DNA from: Candidatus Latescibacterota bacterium
Lineage (GTDB): Bacteria > Latescibacterota > UBA2968 > GCA-2709665
Length of the DNA stretch: 64,000 nt
Assembly (NCBI GenBank): GCA_965203805.1
Contig: OZ241917.1
Location: 5,600,001-5,664,000 of the forward strand
Reading direction: 5' to 3'
Shown: one piece after another, positions 30,282-39,725 of the stretch
How positions within the stretch are numbered: position 1 is the first letter of the stretch
How the letters are laid out: each line of letters starts with the position of its first letter
Program-made: the position numbers and the translations under genes
The notes under the pieces: model-generated
Told to the model about the DNA's origin: nothing
Databases searched by the model: none
Seen by the model: the letters and a program-made list of their open reading frames with translations, nothing else

Positions 30282-30903
30282 TCGGATCCTGCCGCACTGC
30301 ATTGCGGTAGCCGGCCCATGAAAGACCGGTCTACTCGCATGAGCCGAACCGCCCGGGGTCCATCCCGAAATACATGCGGCAAGATGTCTGCCGACGGGAC
30401 GGGTCGGCCACAGCATGATGGTGGAATCCGACTTGCGCTGAGATTGCCGATGATTCATTGGGTTTGTGTGGATTGCACGCGAACAAGGGGCGACTTCAAG
30501 GATGGTCGCCCCTTTTGTTTCGGTCGTGATTGTAGTGCATTTGTCTGAGCCGGCGCCGATCACGCCGCGGACGGCGAGGCCCGTGGATATACCGTAGGGG
30601 CGGGGGGCGTTCGTCTGCAGTGATGTGTTTGCCCTTACGATGTCGATTGGAGACGGCTACGAAAAGAAATGTGGCGTCGTATATTGCTAATATTCGCGGG
30701 ATGCGATTGACTTACAGACTTGATCCCGTATCTTGTATAAACGGTGCCGTCCCTATCTCCCCAAAGGCCCCCGAAATCTTGCATGGCGAATTTCGATACC
30801 ATCTCAAAACGCCTGATTCAGACAGGATTCTTCTTTGCGGTTGATGCGTTAGGCTGAAGAGTGATGTTTATACACTTAGGGGTTTGCAGCGCGAGAACGA
30901 GAA

Positions 30904-31149
30904 GTGTGGATGTACAAACAAGGGGCAATTGATAAAGGAGAAAAAATGGGTGCTGGTGACGTGATACGGGAGGATGAAAGTGATGCTAACGCGGAGGTAG
31001 CCAGGGCCTTGCGGACTTGCGGAGAATTGCGGACAGGCAAGAGCAGGATGTTGACGGAGGAGGAGACGGTTCGTTTTTTTATGAAACTGGAGAGGAAGTG
31101 GGGCAAGAGATCCACAAGAGGCGATATGGGGGAATGTGATGAAGTGTAA
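30904..31149 (+). CDS. Hypothetical protein
   Basis: ORF only; start uncertain. Confidence 0.3.
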   Translation: MWMYKQGAIDKGEKMGAGDVIREDESDANAEVARALRTCGELRTGKSRMLTEEETVRFFMKLERKWGKRSTRGDMGECDEV

Positions 31150-31323
31150 AATCAGGGTTGTAGAATCGGTATGCGGCCCTACAGTAGCAAATAGGGAATG
31201 AGTGGTTAAGTTGCCGAAGCGGAATGAAGGGCAGTCTTTCGATGACGTTGTGGCGGCGTCGATCCGTCCGGCAGTGATTAAGGAGACGGATCGACCCGAT
31301 AAGTGATCGTGAGGGCATTGACG

Positions 31324-31809
31324 ATGGAAAAGCACATATTCCTTGCCATAGGTGCCTCTGTTGCCGTTGTCGGTTTATTGATTACCGCGGCTGGTCTCAT
31401 CTTCAAGAGCGGGAAGTGGAAGGGAGAAGTTGACTCCGACAGGAAAGCGTTTAAGGAATTCATGGATAAAATCGAGAAGAAGATCGAAGAAGTCCTGGAA
31501 CGACTTCCTTCTCGCAGGGTTGTAACTCAGGCCAGCCCGTTGCAGTTGACGGATTTTGGAAAGGAAATCGCTGAAGAAATCGAAGCTGAGAAGTGGGCAG
31601 AGAGAATTGTCACACGTTTAACCAAGGAAGTTAAGGGCAAGGGTCCTTATGATATACAACAATATTGTTTTGAATATGTTGGAACTTTCGAATTCGATGA
31701 GATCAAGGATGAGGATCTACGGGGGTGCGCATATATGCGGGGGATTGAACTGGATGATGTTAAGCGAGTGTTGGCCGTTGTATTGCGGGATAGACTGTTG
31801 AGTTCTTGA
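31324..31809 (+). CDS. Hypothetical protein with N-terminal transmembrane helix and coiled coil
   Basis: IFLAIGASVAVVGLLITAAGLIF, then FMDKIEKKIEEVLERL and SPLQLTDFG. Confidence 0.7.
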   Translation: MEKHIFLAIGASVAVVGLLITAAGLIFKSGKWKGEVDSDRKAFKEFMDKIEKKIEEVLERLPSRRVVTQASPLQLTDFGKEIAEEIEAEKWAERIVTRLTKEVKGKGPYDIQQYCFEYVGTFEFDEIKDEDLRGCAYMRGIELDDVKRVLAVVLRDRLLSS

Positions 31810-31999
31810 GTGGGTGGCCGACCTGCCTTATGCCATGTTTGATTGTGTGTCGGCAGGCTAACATAGTAAATCGTTCCCATTGCGTAGATTCCAGCCTGGA
31901 CCGATACCCTACGTACCAATACGACGTTAGCGAGATCGTAGAAGGGATCCGAATCGGAGACGAGTTTAGCGCACGTACGATGTGATAGTCTGGATTGCA

Positions 32000-32039
32000 A
32001 GCAAGTAGGGCGACTCTTCTCCGAGTCGCCCTACTTGCT
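32000..32039. repeat. Perfect 17-bp-stem hairpin (GTAG REP-like or bidirectional terminator)
   Basis: AGCAAGTAGGGCGACTC-TTCTCC-GAGTCGCCCTACTTGCT between convergent genes. Confidence 0.7.
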
Positions 32040-32124
32040 GTCGCAGCTTTGTCCAGATTGCCGACGAATCCAGCGCAGAACGTTGCTGATATCTTGGTGG
32101 TGCTCTTGCAACGTGGTTCCGTGC

Positions 32125-32886
32125 TCACTTCCTCACGCTGTTGACCATATCGCGGCAGCCGTGCAGGTAGATGCCGGTATCGACCGAGAGCGCGATGTAT
32201 CGCACGCCGGCGTCGATCCAGCGTTTTGCGGCATCCGGGCTGTCCGCGAAGGTGCCCACGGTGAGGCCTGCCTGGTTGATCTGCGCGGTTGCCTCCCGCA
32301 TCCGCTCCACCACCCGGGGATCGTGCACCTGGCCGGGAATGCCGAGAGACTGGGAGAGGTCGTACGGTCCGAGGAAGACCACGTCCAGTCCGGGCACGGC
32401 GATGATCGCATCCAGGTTCTCCAGGCCCTCCACGCCTTCCACGTGGATGAGGACCATGGATTCCCTGTTGAGCCGCTCGAAGATCTGGCCGCCCTCCGCG
32501 AAGTACCTGGCCGCGCGGGTGTATGGCGACACGCCGCGCATCCCCAGCGGCGCGTATTTTGCCGCCTGGACGAGGGACTCGGCGTCGGATCGGGTGCGTA
32601 TCTGGGGGACCTGGACGCCCTCCGGGCCGATGTCCAGGGCGCGGAGCACCTGGGGCGGGTCGTTATCCCTCACGCGAACGATCGGAGAAATGCCCGCGCC
32701 CTTCGCCACGCGGCAGAGGTTCTCGGTGGTCTCGATGTCCAGGGGGCCGTGTTCGGTATCCAGGACGACGAAGTCGAATCCGGCGTACGCGGCGATTTCG
32801 ATGAGCGCGCCGGAGGCGAGGTTGACGAACGGGCCGAGGACGACTTCACCGGCTTTCAGTTTGGCCTTCAGGCTGACTTGAGACAT
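32125..32886 (-). CDS. HpcH/HpaI aldolase family protein
   Basis: GFDFVVLDTEHG, RALDIG, KYAPLGMRG, FLGPYDLSQSLG. Confidence 0.93.
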   Translation of the reverse strand: MSQVSLKAKLKAGEVVLGPFVNLASGALIEIAAYAGFDFVVLDTEHGPLDIETTENLCRVAKGAGISPIVRVRDNDPPQVLRALDIGPEGVQVPQIRTRSDAESLVQAAKYAPLGMRGVSPYTRAARYFAEGGQIFERLNRESMVLIHVEGVEGLENLDAIIAVPGLDVVFLGPYDLSQSLGIPGQVHDPRVVERMREATAQINQAGLTVGTFADSPDAAKRWIDAGVRYIALSVDTGIYLHGCRDMVNSVRK

Positions 32887-33054
32887 TATGCGTCTCCCCG
32901 ACGTGGGTTTGAAAAATGGAGCCGATTCGTCGCCCAATATAGGTTGCCGCAAATGTCGTGTAAAGTGTAAAGCCCCGGCGCCGGACCGGCTTGACATTCG
33001 TATGCCGCATCCGTATATATGGAGTAAGAGTTCTGCAATGGGAAGGAGGCCGGA

Positions 33055-33183
33055 ATGTCCACCGATCTGCGTGAATTTGCGTTACGCCTGAAAGCCATCG
33101 AAATCCTGAAGCGGTACCTGTGGGTACGGCATCAGCTGAGGGTCATTCAGCTCTGGAAGAAACTCTACATCCATCCGAACTGA
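33055..33183 (+). CDS. Unannotated 42-aa basic small protein
   Basis: TTGACA (32991)-17 nt-TATATA promoter, AAGGAGG RBS, MSTDLREFALRLKAIEILKRYLWVRHQLRVIQLWKKLYIHPN, then a GC hairpin and T run. Confidence 0.6.
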   Translation: MSTDLREFALRLKAIEILKRYLWVRHQLRVIQLWKKLYIHPN

Positions 33184-33361
33184 CGGTGATGATCGGAAAG
33201 ACGGAATGGCGCTCGGGCGGGGACGGTCCGGGCGCCTTTTCTTATTGGAAACCGCCGGAAGGCCGCTCCTGCGACCCACGGCGTCCCGGCGCCCGCGCCC
33301 CGTTTCAATTTCATTAGGGTTTGCTCTCCAACCGGCGATTCGTTAGATTTCCGCCCATTAT

Positions 33362-33521
33362 CAGCCCGTTGGAAAAGTCCATCCGGGCTACGTCCGGCCC
33401 TTATGCCCGAAATACGGCGTTGCGCTCCCTCCCCGAATCCAGGGATTCGCGTCGGTCGCGCGCCTTGTCTTCGGCCACAATGACTCGGCCTCGCCTACGA
33501 AGCGACTTTTTCAACGGACTG
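33362..33521. mobile_element. 160-bp MITE
   Basis: Terminal inverted repeats CAGCCCGTTGGAAAAGTC and GACTTTTTCAACGGACTG; TTAT direct repeat on both sides. Confidence 0.8.
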
Positions 33522-33523
33522 TT

Positions 33524-34198
33524 ATGGCCTCCGGACAGAACAGGATTCGCGCGGTTTACGACCGGTTGATGGACGCGTTCGGACCGCAGGGCTGGTGGCC
33601 GTCGGAAACCCCGTTCGAAACGATGGTCGGGGCCATACTCACGCAGAATACAGCGTGGGCGAACGTGGAACGCGCGATCGGCAGGCTGAAGGAGGCCGGG
33701 GCGCTCGACGCCCGGACCCTGCTGGAGATGCCCGGCGACCGGCTGGAGAACCTCATCCGGCCCGCCGGGACGTTCCGCGTAAAAACCAGGAGGCTGAAGG
33801 CGTTTCTGGCGTTCTTCGCCGGCAGGTACGGCGCGGACGTTGCCCGGATGAGGAATGCGCCGGCCGATCGTTTGCGCGGGGAGTTGCTGGCGGTTTCCGG
33901 GATCGGACCCGAGACCGCCGATTGCATCCTGCTCTATGCGCTCGAGAAGCCGAGCTTCGTGGTGGACGGGTATACGCGGCGGATTTTCGGAAGACTGGGA
34001 GCGATCGACCGGTCGCTCGAATACCATGAAATCAAGCGCAGGTTCGAAGCGGCATTGCCGGAGGACGTGGGCGTTTACAACGAATATCATGCGCTGATCG
34101 TGGCGCTGGGAAAGCAGGCGTGTCTGCCGGCGCCCAGGTGCGGGCTGTGCGCGTTGAATACGATCTGTGAAACGGGAGGAAGCGATGGCCAGGTTTGA
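33524..34198 (+). CDS. HhH-GPD / endonuclease III-related DNA glycosylase
   Basis: GPQGWWP, GAILTQNTAW, GIGPETADCILLYA, VVDGYTRRI and C-terminal Cys cluster. Confidence 0.9.
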   Translation: MASGQNRIRAVYDRLMDAFGPQGWWPSETPFETMVGAILTQNTAWANVERAIGRLKEAGALDARTLLEMPGDRLENLIRPAGTFRVKTRRLKAFLAFFAGRYGADVARMRNAPADRLRGELLAVSGIGPETADCILLYALEKPSFVVDGYTRRIFGRLGAIDRSLEYHEIKRRFEAALPEDVGVYNEYHALIVALGKQACLPAPRCGLCALNTICETGGSDGQV

Positions 34199-35009
34199 GT
34201 TGTGTTTCAACACCAGCACGATTCAGCCCGCATCGATCGAAGAGAAGATCCGGGCGGCGGGAGAGGCGGGTTACGGCGCGATCGAACTGTGGTGCGAGGA
34301 CCTGACGGGCTGGGAGCGGTCCGGCGGAAAGCTGTCCGAGCTCAGAAAGCTGCTCGATGACTACAATCTCTCGGTGCCCGATCTGGTGCATTTTTCGGGC
34401 TGGATGGACGCGACCGATTCCGCCTTCGAAACGGAACGCCTCGCCGAGGCCCGGCGGCTGATGGAGCAGGGCGTGGCCATCGGCGCGCCGCGCATCATCG
34501 CGGGACCGGCGCGAGGTCGGGTGGACCTGAACCGGGCGGCGGACCGCTTCTGCCGGTTAATGGAACTGGGAATAGAGGTTGGATGTCTGCCCGCGCTGGA
34601 ATTCCTGGGTTTCGTGGACCACGTCAATAACGTGGATACGCTGATGGACATCGTTAACATGGCGGACCACCCCCGGACCGCGGTGGTGATGGATGCGTTC
34701 CACATCTATCGCGGCGGCGGGAAGGACGAGGATATCCTGAAGGTTCCGGGGGCGCAGGTGCACATTTTCCATATTGACGACGCGCCGAAAACGGACCGCG
34801 AACGCGAGACGCTTGCCGACGGGGACCGCGTCTATCCGGGCGACGGAATCCTGAACCTGCAAGGGATGCTTGAGATGCTGGCGTCTCAGGGGTTCTCCGG
34901 TCCGGTCTCCCTGGAGCTGTTCAACGAGAACCTCTGGCGGGAGGACCCCCGCGAGGTGGCGCGCATCGGCGCGGAAAAGGTAAGACGACTGATCGAGCCC
35001 GCGGCATAG
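34185..35009 (+). CDS. Sugar phosphate isomerase/epimerase (xylose isomerase-like TIM barrel)
   Basis: ALEFLG, DAFHIY, HIDD, DRVYPGDG, SLELF. Confidence 0.9.
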   Translation: MARFELCFNTSTIQPASIEEKIRAAGEAGYGAIELWCEDLTGWERSGGKLSELRKLLDDYNLSVPDLVHFSGWMDATDSAFETERLAEARRLMEQGVAIGAPRIIAGPARGRVDLNRAADRFCRLMELGIEVGCLPALEFLGFVDHVNNVDTLMDIVNMADHPRTAVVMDAFHIYRGGGKDEDILKVPGAQVHIFHIDDAPKTDRERETLADGDRVYPGDGILNLQGMLEMLASQGFSGPVSLELFNENLWREDPREVARIGAEKVRRLIEPAA

Positions 35010-35032
35010 ACGCCCGGGCACGGAGTCCCGAC

Positions 35033-36016
35033 ATGGTCTACGTTGGAAAAACGGCAATTCCCGGCTCGACCGTACTGGCGCCGCTGGCCGGCGTGACGGA
35101 TCGGTCGTTCCGGCTGCTGTGCCGGGAGCAGGGCGCCGGTCTGGCCGTGACGGAGATGGTGAGCGCCCGCGGACTGGCCGACGGCAGCGAGCGGTCGAGC
35201 CGGTACCTCGATTTCGAGGCGGACGAGCATCCCATCTCCGTGCAGATATTCGGGTCGGAGCCGGATGAAATGGCCGAGGGCGCGCGGGTGGCGGCCGAAC
35301 GGAAGCCCGATCTTCTGGATATCAACTGCGGGTGTCCTGTGAAGAAGATCGTGAACCGGCGCGCGGGCGCGGCCCTGCTGAAGGATCCGCCGCGGCTGGG
35401 AAGGATCGTCTCGGCAATGGCAAAGGCGGTTTCGATTCCCGTCACCCTGAAGATCCGCAGCGGGTGGGACGACGACACGAAGGCTTCGGAGGTTGCCCGT
35501 CTGGCCGAAGATATGGGCGCGGCGGCGGTCGCCGTACACGGCCGGACGCGGAAGGCCGGATTTACGGGAACGGCGGACTGGGACGTGATCCGCGACGTTG
35601 CCGACGCCGTCTCGATTCCCGTCATCGGCAACGGCGACGTCAGGGATCCCCTGGCCGCCAGGGAGATGATGGAACATACGGGATGCGACATGGTGATGGT
35701 GGGGCGGTGGGCGATCGGAGACCCGTGGCTGTTCGGGCGCATCGAGCATTTTCTGGCCACCGGCACGCTGCTGGGGGGGGCGTCGGTCCGCGAACGGGTG
35801 AGCATGGCCATCCGGCACCTGCGGCTCTCGGTGGAAAACAAGGGGCTGCCTGCCGGGGTCCGTGAGATGAGAAGGCATTTTGCCGCGTACACCAAGGGCA
35901 TCGACGGGGCTGCGGCGTTCCGGCGCCAGTTGATGACGGAGGATGATCCGGAAGGCGTCGAAGCCATTTTGAACGCCGTTCGCCGGAGGGCAGAGGAGGT
36001 ATCGGGTGACTCCTGA
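35033..36016 (+). CDS. dusB: tRNA-dihydrouridine synthase B
   Basis: LAPLAGVTD, DINCGCPVKK, VHGRT, IGNGD. Confidence 0.92.
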   Translation: MVYVGKTAIPGSTVLAPLAGVTDRSFRLLCREQGAGLAVTEMVSARGLADGSERSSRYLDFEADEHPISVQIFGSEPDEMAEGARVAAERKPDLLDINCGCPVKKIVNRRAGAALLKDPPRLGRIVSAMAKAVSIPVTLKIRSGWDDDTKASEVARLAEDMGAAAVAVHGRTRKAGFTGTADWDVIRDVADAVSIPVIGNGDVRDPLAAREMMEHTGCDMVMVGRWAIGDPWLFGRIEHFLATGTLLGGASVRERVSMAIRHLRLSVENKGLPAGVREMRRHFAAYTKGIDGAAAFRRQLMTEDDPEGVEAILNAVRRRAEEVSGDS

Positions 36017-36782
36017 ACAGGTCCGGCAGGTACTTGAAGCGGTGCGCGAAAACCAGCTGGACGTCGACGGCGCGATGGATCGGCTGAAGAAGCTGCCGTT
36101 TGAAGATCTGGGGTTCGCGCACGTGGACCATCACCGGGCAATGCGTCAGGGATTTCCGGAGGTGATCTTCTGCCAGGGAAAGACCACGGAGCACGTGGTT
36201 GAAATCGCGCGCCGGATTTCGGAGGCGGGGTCCGCGCTTCTGGCGACCCGGGCCAACCGGGAGCAGGCGGATGCCGTGCGTTCGGCCTTGCCGGCGGCGG
36301 ACTACAATGCGTTGGCCCGAACGCTGACGATTCGCGGGGACGACGCCGGCGCCGTGGAGGCGACGGGAGAGGTGCTGGTTATTTCGGCTGGAACGTCGGA
36401 TATGCCGGTCGCCGAAGAGGCATTCGTGACGGCGGAGGCGATGGGCAGCCGGGTGAATAAGCTGTACGACGTTGGCGTGGCGGGGATTCACCGGCTTTTC
36501 GCGCACCGCGATCAGATCGACCGGGCCGCCGCGATCGTGGTGGCGGCGGGGATGGAGGGCGCGCTGCCTTCCGTGGTCGGCGGACTGGTGGATGTTCCGG
36601 TGATTGCGGTACCGACCAGCGTGGGCTATGGCGCCAGTTTCGGCGGATTGGCCGCGCTGCTCGGGACGTTGAATTCCTGCGCGCCGGGCGTGGCGGTGGT
36701 GAATATCGACAACGGATTCGGCGCGGGCTTCTTCGCGAGTCTCGTCACGCGGACGCAGGACCGATCGAGGCAAGGGTCGTAG
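36006..36782 (+). CDS. larB: Nickel pincer cofactor biosynthesis protein LarB (PurE-like)
   Basis: AGTSDMPVAEEA, DVGVAGIHRL, AGMEGALPSVV, PTSVGYG, NIDNGFGA. Confidence 0.92.
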   Translation: MTPEQVRQVLEAVRENQLDVDGAMDRLKKLPFEDLGFAHVDHHRAMRQGFPEVIFCQGKTTEHVVEIARRISEAGSALLATRANREQADAVRSALPAADYNALARTLTIRGDDAGAVEATGEVLVISAGTSDMPVAEEAFVTAEAMGSRVNKLYDVGVAGIHRLFAHRDQIDRAAAIVVAAGMEGALPSVVGGLVDVPVIAVPTSVGYGASFGGLAALLGTLNSCAPGVAVVNIDNGFGAGFFASLVTRTQDRSRQGS

Positions 36783-36785
36783 CCG

Positions 36786-38240
36786 CTACCGGCGTCCAAG
36801 CCCGAGGCGGCGCTGGAGAGAAACGGGGCGGCCGGCGGTATCCGCGAGCGGCAGCGCCGGAAATGAGCCCTTCGTCTTCAGGCTGAGAACCACGAGACAG
36901 AACAGCGCGACCGGAACGGCCAGCAGGTCCGCCGGCAGGTCCGGCGTGAGGTAGATGAAACAGATCCAGGCGGCGAATCCCGCGACCATGGCTGCGAGCG
37001 CACCGGGCAGGTTGGCCCGGGACCACCAGATGCCGGCGGTGAGCGGCACGAAGAGGGTGGCCAGCAGGATCGACCACGAATTTACCATCAGTGTATAGAC
37101 GGTATTGTGCGCCAGTGCCAGGTAAAGGGCGATCAGGCCGAGGATCGGAACGCTGATCCGGCAGATCGTGAGGATGGACCGTTCGTCGGCGTTCGGGCGG
37201 ACGTAGCGGACCAGGTCCCATCCGATGACGCTGGCGGGGGCGAGCAGGGCGCTGTCCGCGCTGCTCATCAGGGCCGAGACGAGCGCGCCCAGAAAGACCG
37301 CCATCGCGAGAGGCGAGAGATATTTCATGCCCAGCTGCATCATGATCATGTCCGGGTCGCCGATATCGGGAAAGATGAGGGTCCCGGCAATGCCGAGAAA
37401 CACCGGCAGAAGACCCACCGTAAGATAGAGCGCGCCGGCAAGATAGGCGCTGTTCTGGGCGACGGATTCACTCCTGCTTGAAAGACTCCGCTGGATGAGG
37501 TCCTGCCCCGCCAGATTGCCCAGTCCGATGACCAGCCAGTCCCTGGCGTAGGCGAACCAGCCGGGCGCACCGGCGTTTCTGGGATAGAGGTAAAACCGGT
37601 CTTCGGATATCCGGGCGCTGATGGCCGACCACCCACCCATATCGTTCAGCAGCAGCGGCGTAATAACCAGGAGCCCCACGGTTAGAACGGCCACCTGGAT
37701 GAAGTCCGTCAGCGTGACGGCCCACATGCCGCCCGCGGTCGTGTAGACGAGGACGATCGCCGCCCCGATGCAGATGCCCAGTGTGGGGTCGATTCCGGTC
37801 AGCGACTGGATGACCCTGCCGAAGGCGACCATCAGGGACGCCACCCATCCGAGATATGCAGGGATGGTGCACAGCGCGGCCACCGCGCCTGCCGGGCGGC
37901 CGAAGCGGCTTTCGAAAAAACCCGCGATGGTGGTCAGGCCCATCCTCCGCATGATCCTGACGTAGAACAACCCCGCGAGAAACAGACAGAGTGCCGCGCC
38001 GAACGGATCGGCGATGACGCCCATGAATCCCTTCTTATAGGCCTCGCTGGCGGCCCCGATGACGATCCCGCCCCCGAACCATGTGGCCGCCAGGGTCCCG
38101 GTGGCCAGCCAGATGCCCAGCCTCCGGCCGGCGACGATGAAGTCGGCGGAGCCCTTGACGCGCCGGCCCGCGTAGAGACCGACCGCGAGCGTCACCAGGA
38201 TATAGGCCGCGAGGCCGAGGATAATCGTCAGGTTGGGCAT
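36786..38240 (-). CDS. Sodium:solute symporter family protein
   Basis: DFIVAGRRL, YTTAGGMWAVTLTDFIQ, SALMSSADS and many transmembrane segments. Confidence 0.92.
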   Translation of the reverse strand: MPNLTIILGLAAYILVTLAVGLYAGRRVKGSADFIVAGRRLGIWLATGTLAATWFGGGIVIGAASEAYKKGFMGVIADPFGAALCLFLAGLFYVRIMRRMGLTTIAGFFESRFGRPAGAVAALCTIPAYLGWVASLMVAFGRVIQSLTGIDPTLGICIGAAIVLVYTTAGGMWAVTLTDFIQVAVLTVGLLVITPLLLNDMGGWSAISARISEDRFYLYPRNAGAPGWFAYARDWLVIGLGNLAGQDLIQRSLSSRSESVAQNSAYLAGALYLTVGLLPVFLGIAGTLIFPDIGDPDMIMMQLGMKYLSPLAMAVFLGALVSALMSSADSALLAPASVIGWDLVRYVRPNADERSILTICRISVPILGLIALYLALAHNTVYTLMVNSWSILLATLFVPLTAGIWWSRANLPGALAAMVAGFAAWICFIYLTPDLPADLLAVPVALFCLVVLSLKTKGSFPALPLADTAGRPVSLQRRLGLGRR

Positions 38241-38298
38241 ATTGTGACCAGTAGACAGAATCCGGAACCGGGCGCCGGCGCAGCCGCCGGGTTCCCGA

Positions 38299-39447
38299 TC
38301 ACTCGATCCGGTTGTGTTGCTTCATGATATTGACGAGCCGGTCCAGCGGGAGGCCGGGCATCGTCCTGTTGTCCCGTCCCGTCATCGTGTCCGCGGCGCA
38401 GAGCGCGTTGACGATGGCTTCCTCGGTGGCCTCGACGGTGGCCTGAAGAAGCGGATTGAGGCGGCGGTCCCGGAGGGTCTTGACCGTATCCGCTGCCGCC
38501 GCGTCCCGCGGGATGCGGTGGGCGGTGGAGAACGCAAGAACGAGGTCGCCGCTGCTTGTTCGCGAAAAGGTGCCGGTGCGGCTCATGCCGAGTGCGGACC
38601 GTCTACACAACCGTCGGAGCTGAATGGGGATCAGCGGCGCGTCGGTGGCGATCAGAATGACGATGGAACCGTCTCGGGCCGGCGGACGCGCCACCGGCAG
38701 GTGTCGCCCCACCGGGACCCCGTCGATGACCAGATTGGAACGACGGCCGCAGTTTGCCACGACCAGCACGCCCAGGGTATAGGCGCCCTGGGCCTTTGTG
38801 AGTACACGCGACGCCGTTCCGATGCCGGCCTTGAATCCGTACGCACGCATCCCCGTACCCGCGCCTACCGATCCCTCGGCGACCGGCCCGTCCGCGGCGG
38901 ATTCGATCGCACGGATGACGTGTTCCTCTTTTACATGGCGGCCCGCGATGTCGTTGAGGCCGCCATCGTAACATTCGGCCACAACCGGGAGGGGAACGCG
39001 CCCCCGGCCCTGCCGGAGCATATAGGCTACGACGCCGCTGTACCCCTCTCCCACGCTCAACGTGTTGGTGAGGACCACCGGAACCTCCAACAGACCCCGT
39101 TCGTTGACCCACGCCATACCTGTCATCTCGCCGTTTCCGTTGATCGCTTCGGCCGCGGCGTACACCTGGTTCAGGTACACATCGTCGGGATGGGGCACCA
39201 CGGCCGTCACACCGGTACGGACAGGCCCCTTTCCGACAACCAGTTCCCCTTCGCCGCTGATGAGGGTGACGTGCCCCACCCCGACGCCTGATACATCGGT
39301 GATGGCGTTATGGGGGCCGGGCGCGATAACGCCGATTTTTATACCCAGGTCTCTGGCGCGTGGACGTTCGGCGCCCCGGGCGTCTGAGCAGAGCGCGAGG
39401 ATGAGGAAAACGAGACAGCATTGGAAAAGGTGTGAACGAGAAAACAT
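38299..39447 (-). CDS. DmpA/P1 (S58) family aminopeptidase with signal peptide
   Basis: NAITDVSGVGVGHVT, RTGVTA, EGSVGAGTGM, GSI..ATDAPL, SSGD. Confidence 0.9.
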   Translation of the reverse strand: MFSRSHLFQCCLVFLILALCSDARGAERPRARDLGIKIGVIAPGPHNAITDVSGVGVGHVTLISGEGELVVGKGPVRTGVTAVVPHPDDVYLNQVYAAAEAINGNGEMTGMAWVNERGLLEVPVVLTNTLSVGEGYSGVVAYMLRQGRGRVPLPVVAECYDGGLNDIAGRHVKEEHVIRAIESAADGPVAEGSVGAGTGMRAYGFKAGIGTASRVLTKAQGAYTLGVLVVANCGRRSNLVIDGVPVGRHLPVARPPARDGSIVILIATDAPLIPIQLRRLCRRSALGMSRTGTFSRTSSGDLVLAFSTAHRIPRDAAAADTVKTLRDRRLNPLLQATVEATEEAIVNALCAADTMTGRDNRTMPGLPLDRLVNIMKQHNRIE

Positions 39448-39504
39448 GAGATAAGGCTCGGATTTGGAGTTCAACGCCACCACCGTGCGGACAGTGGGGA
39501 CGGG

Positions 39505-39680
39505 ACCTACCCCCCTTCCTGAGAGGAAGGGGGAACGGTGACGGGTCGATGGACCGGGCTGGCGAACGTGCCGTCTGTGCCTGCCACGTGACGGTGCAGA
39601 CGTCAACGGGTTTGGCTTTTGCTTCAAGCTGGCAGCTGATTGCAGTTGTTTCCCTTTGTGTCTCCGTGTGAGCTGGGCTT
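39505..39680. repeat. Composite intergenic repeat
   Basis: 39507-39558 is near-identical to 54514-54566; 39567-39631 is near-identical to 44715-44779. Confidence 0.75.
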
Positions 39681-39725
39681 CGTGTCCAGGTGATCGGTAT
39701 TTCCCGCGAACGGAATTCCGGCAAC

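Noticed and set aside
30658-30696. GTCGTATAT half-site resembling the WYL operator
   Set aside because: No left half-site and no TAnnnT at the expected spacing.
31822-31858. Possible decayed hairpin element CCTGCCTT...GGCAGGCT
   Set aside because: Arms are imperfect and the core is not self-complementary.
15600-32100. Island as a prophage or ICE
   Set aside because: No integrase, structural or conjugation genes, or att repeats were recognised.
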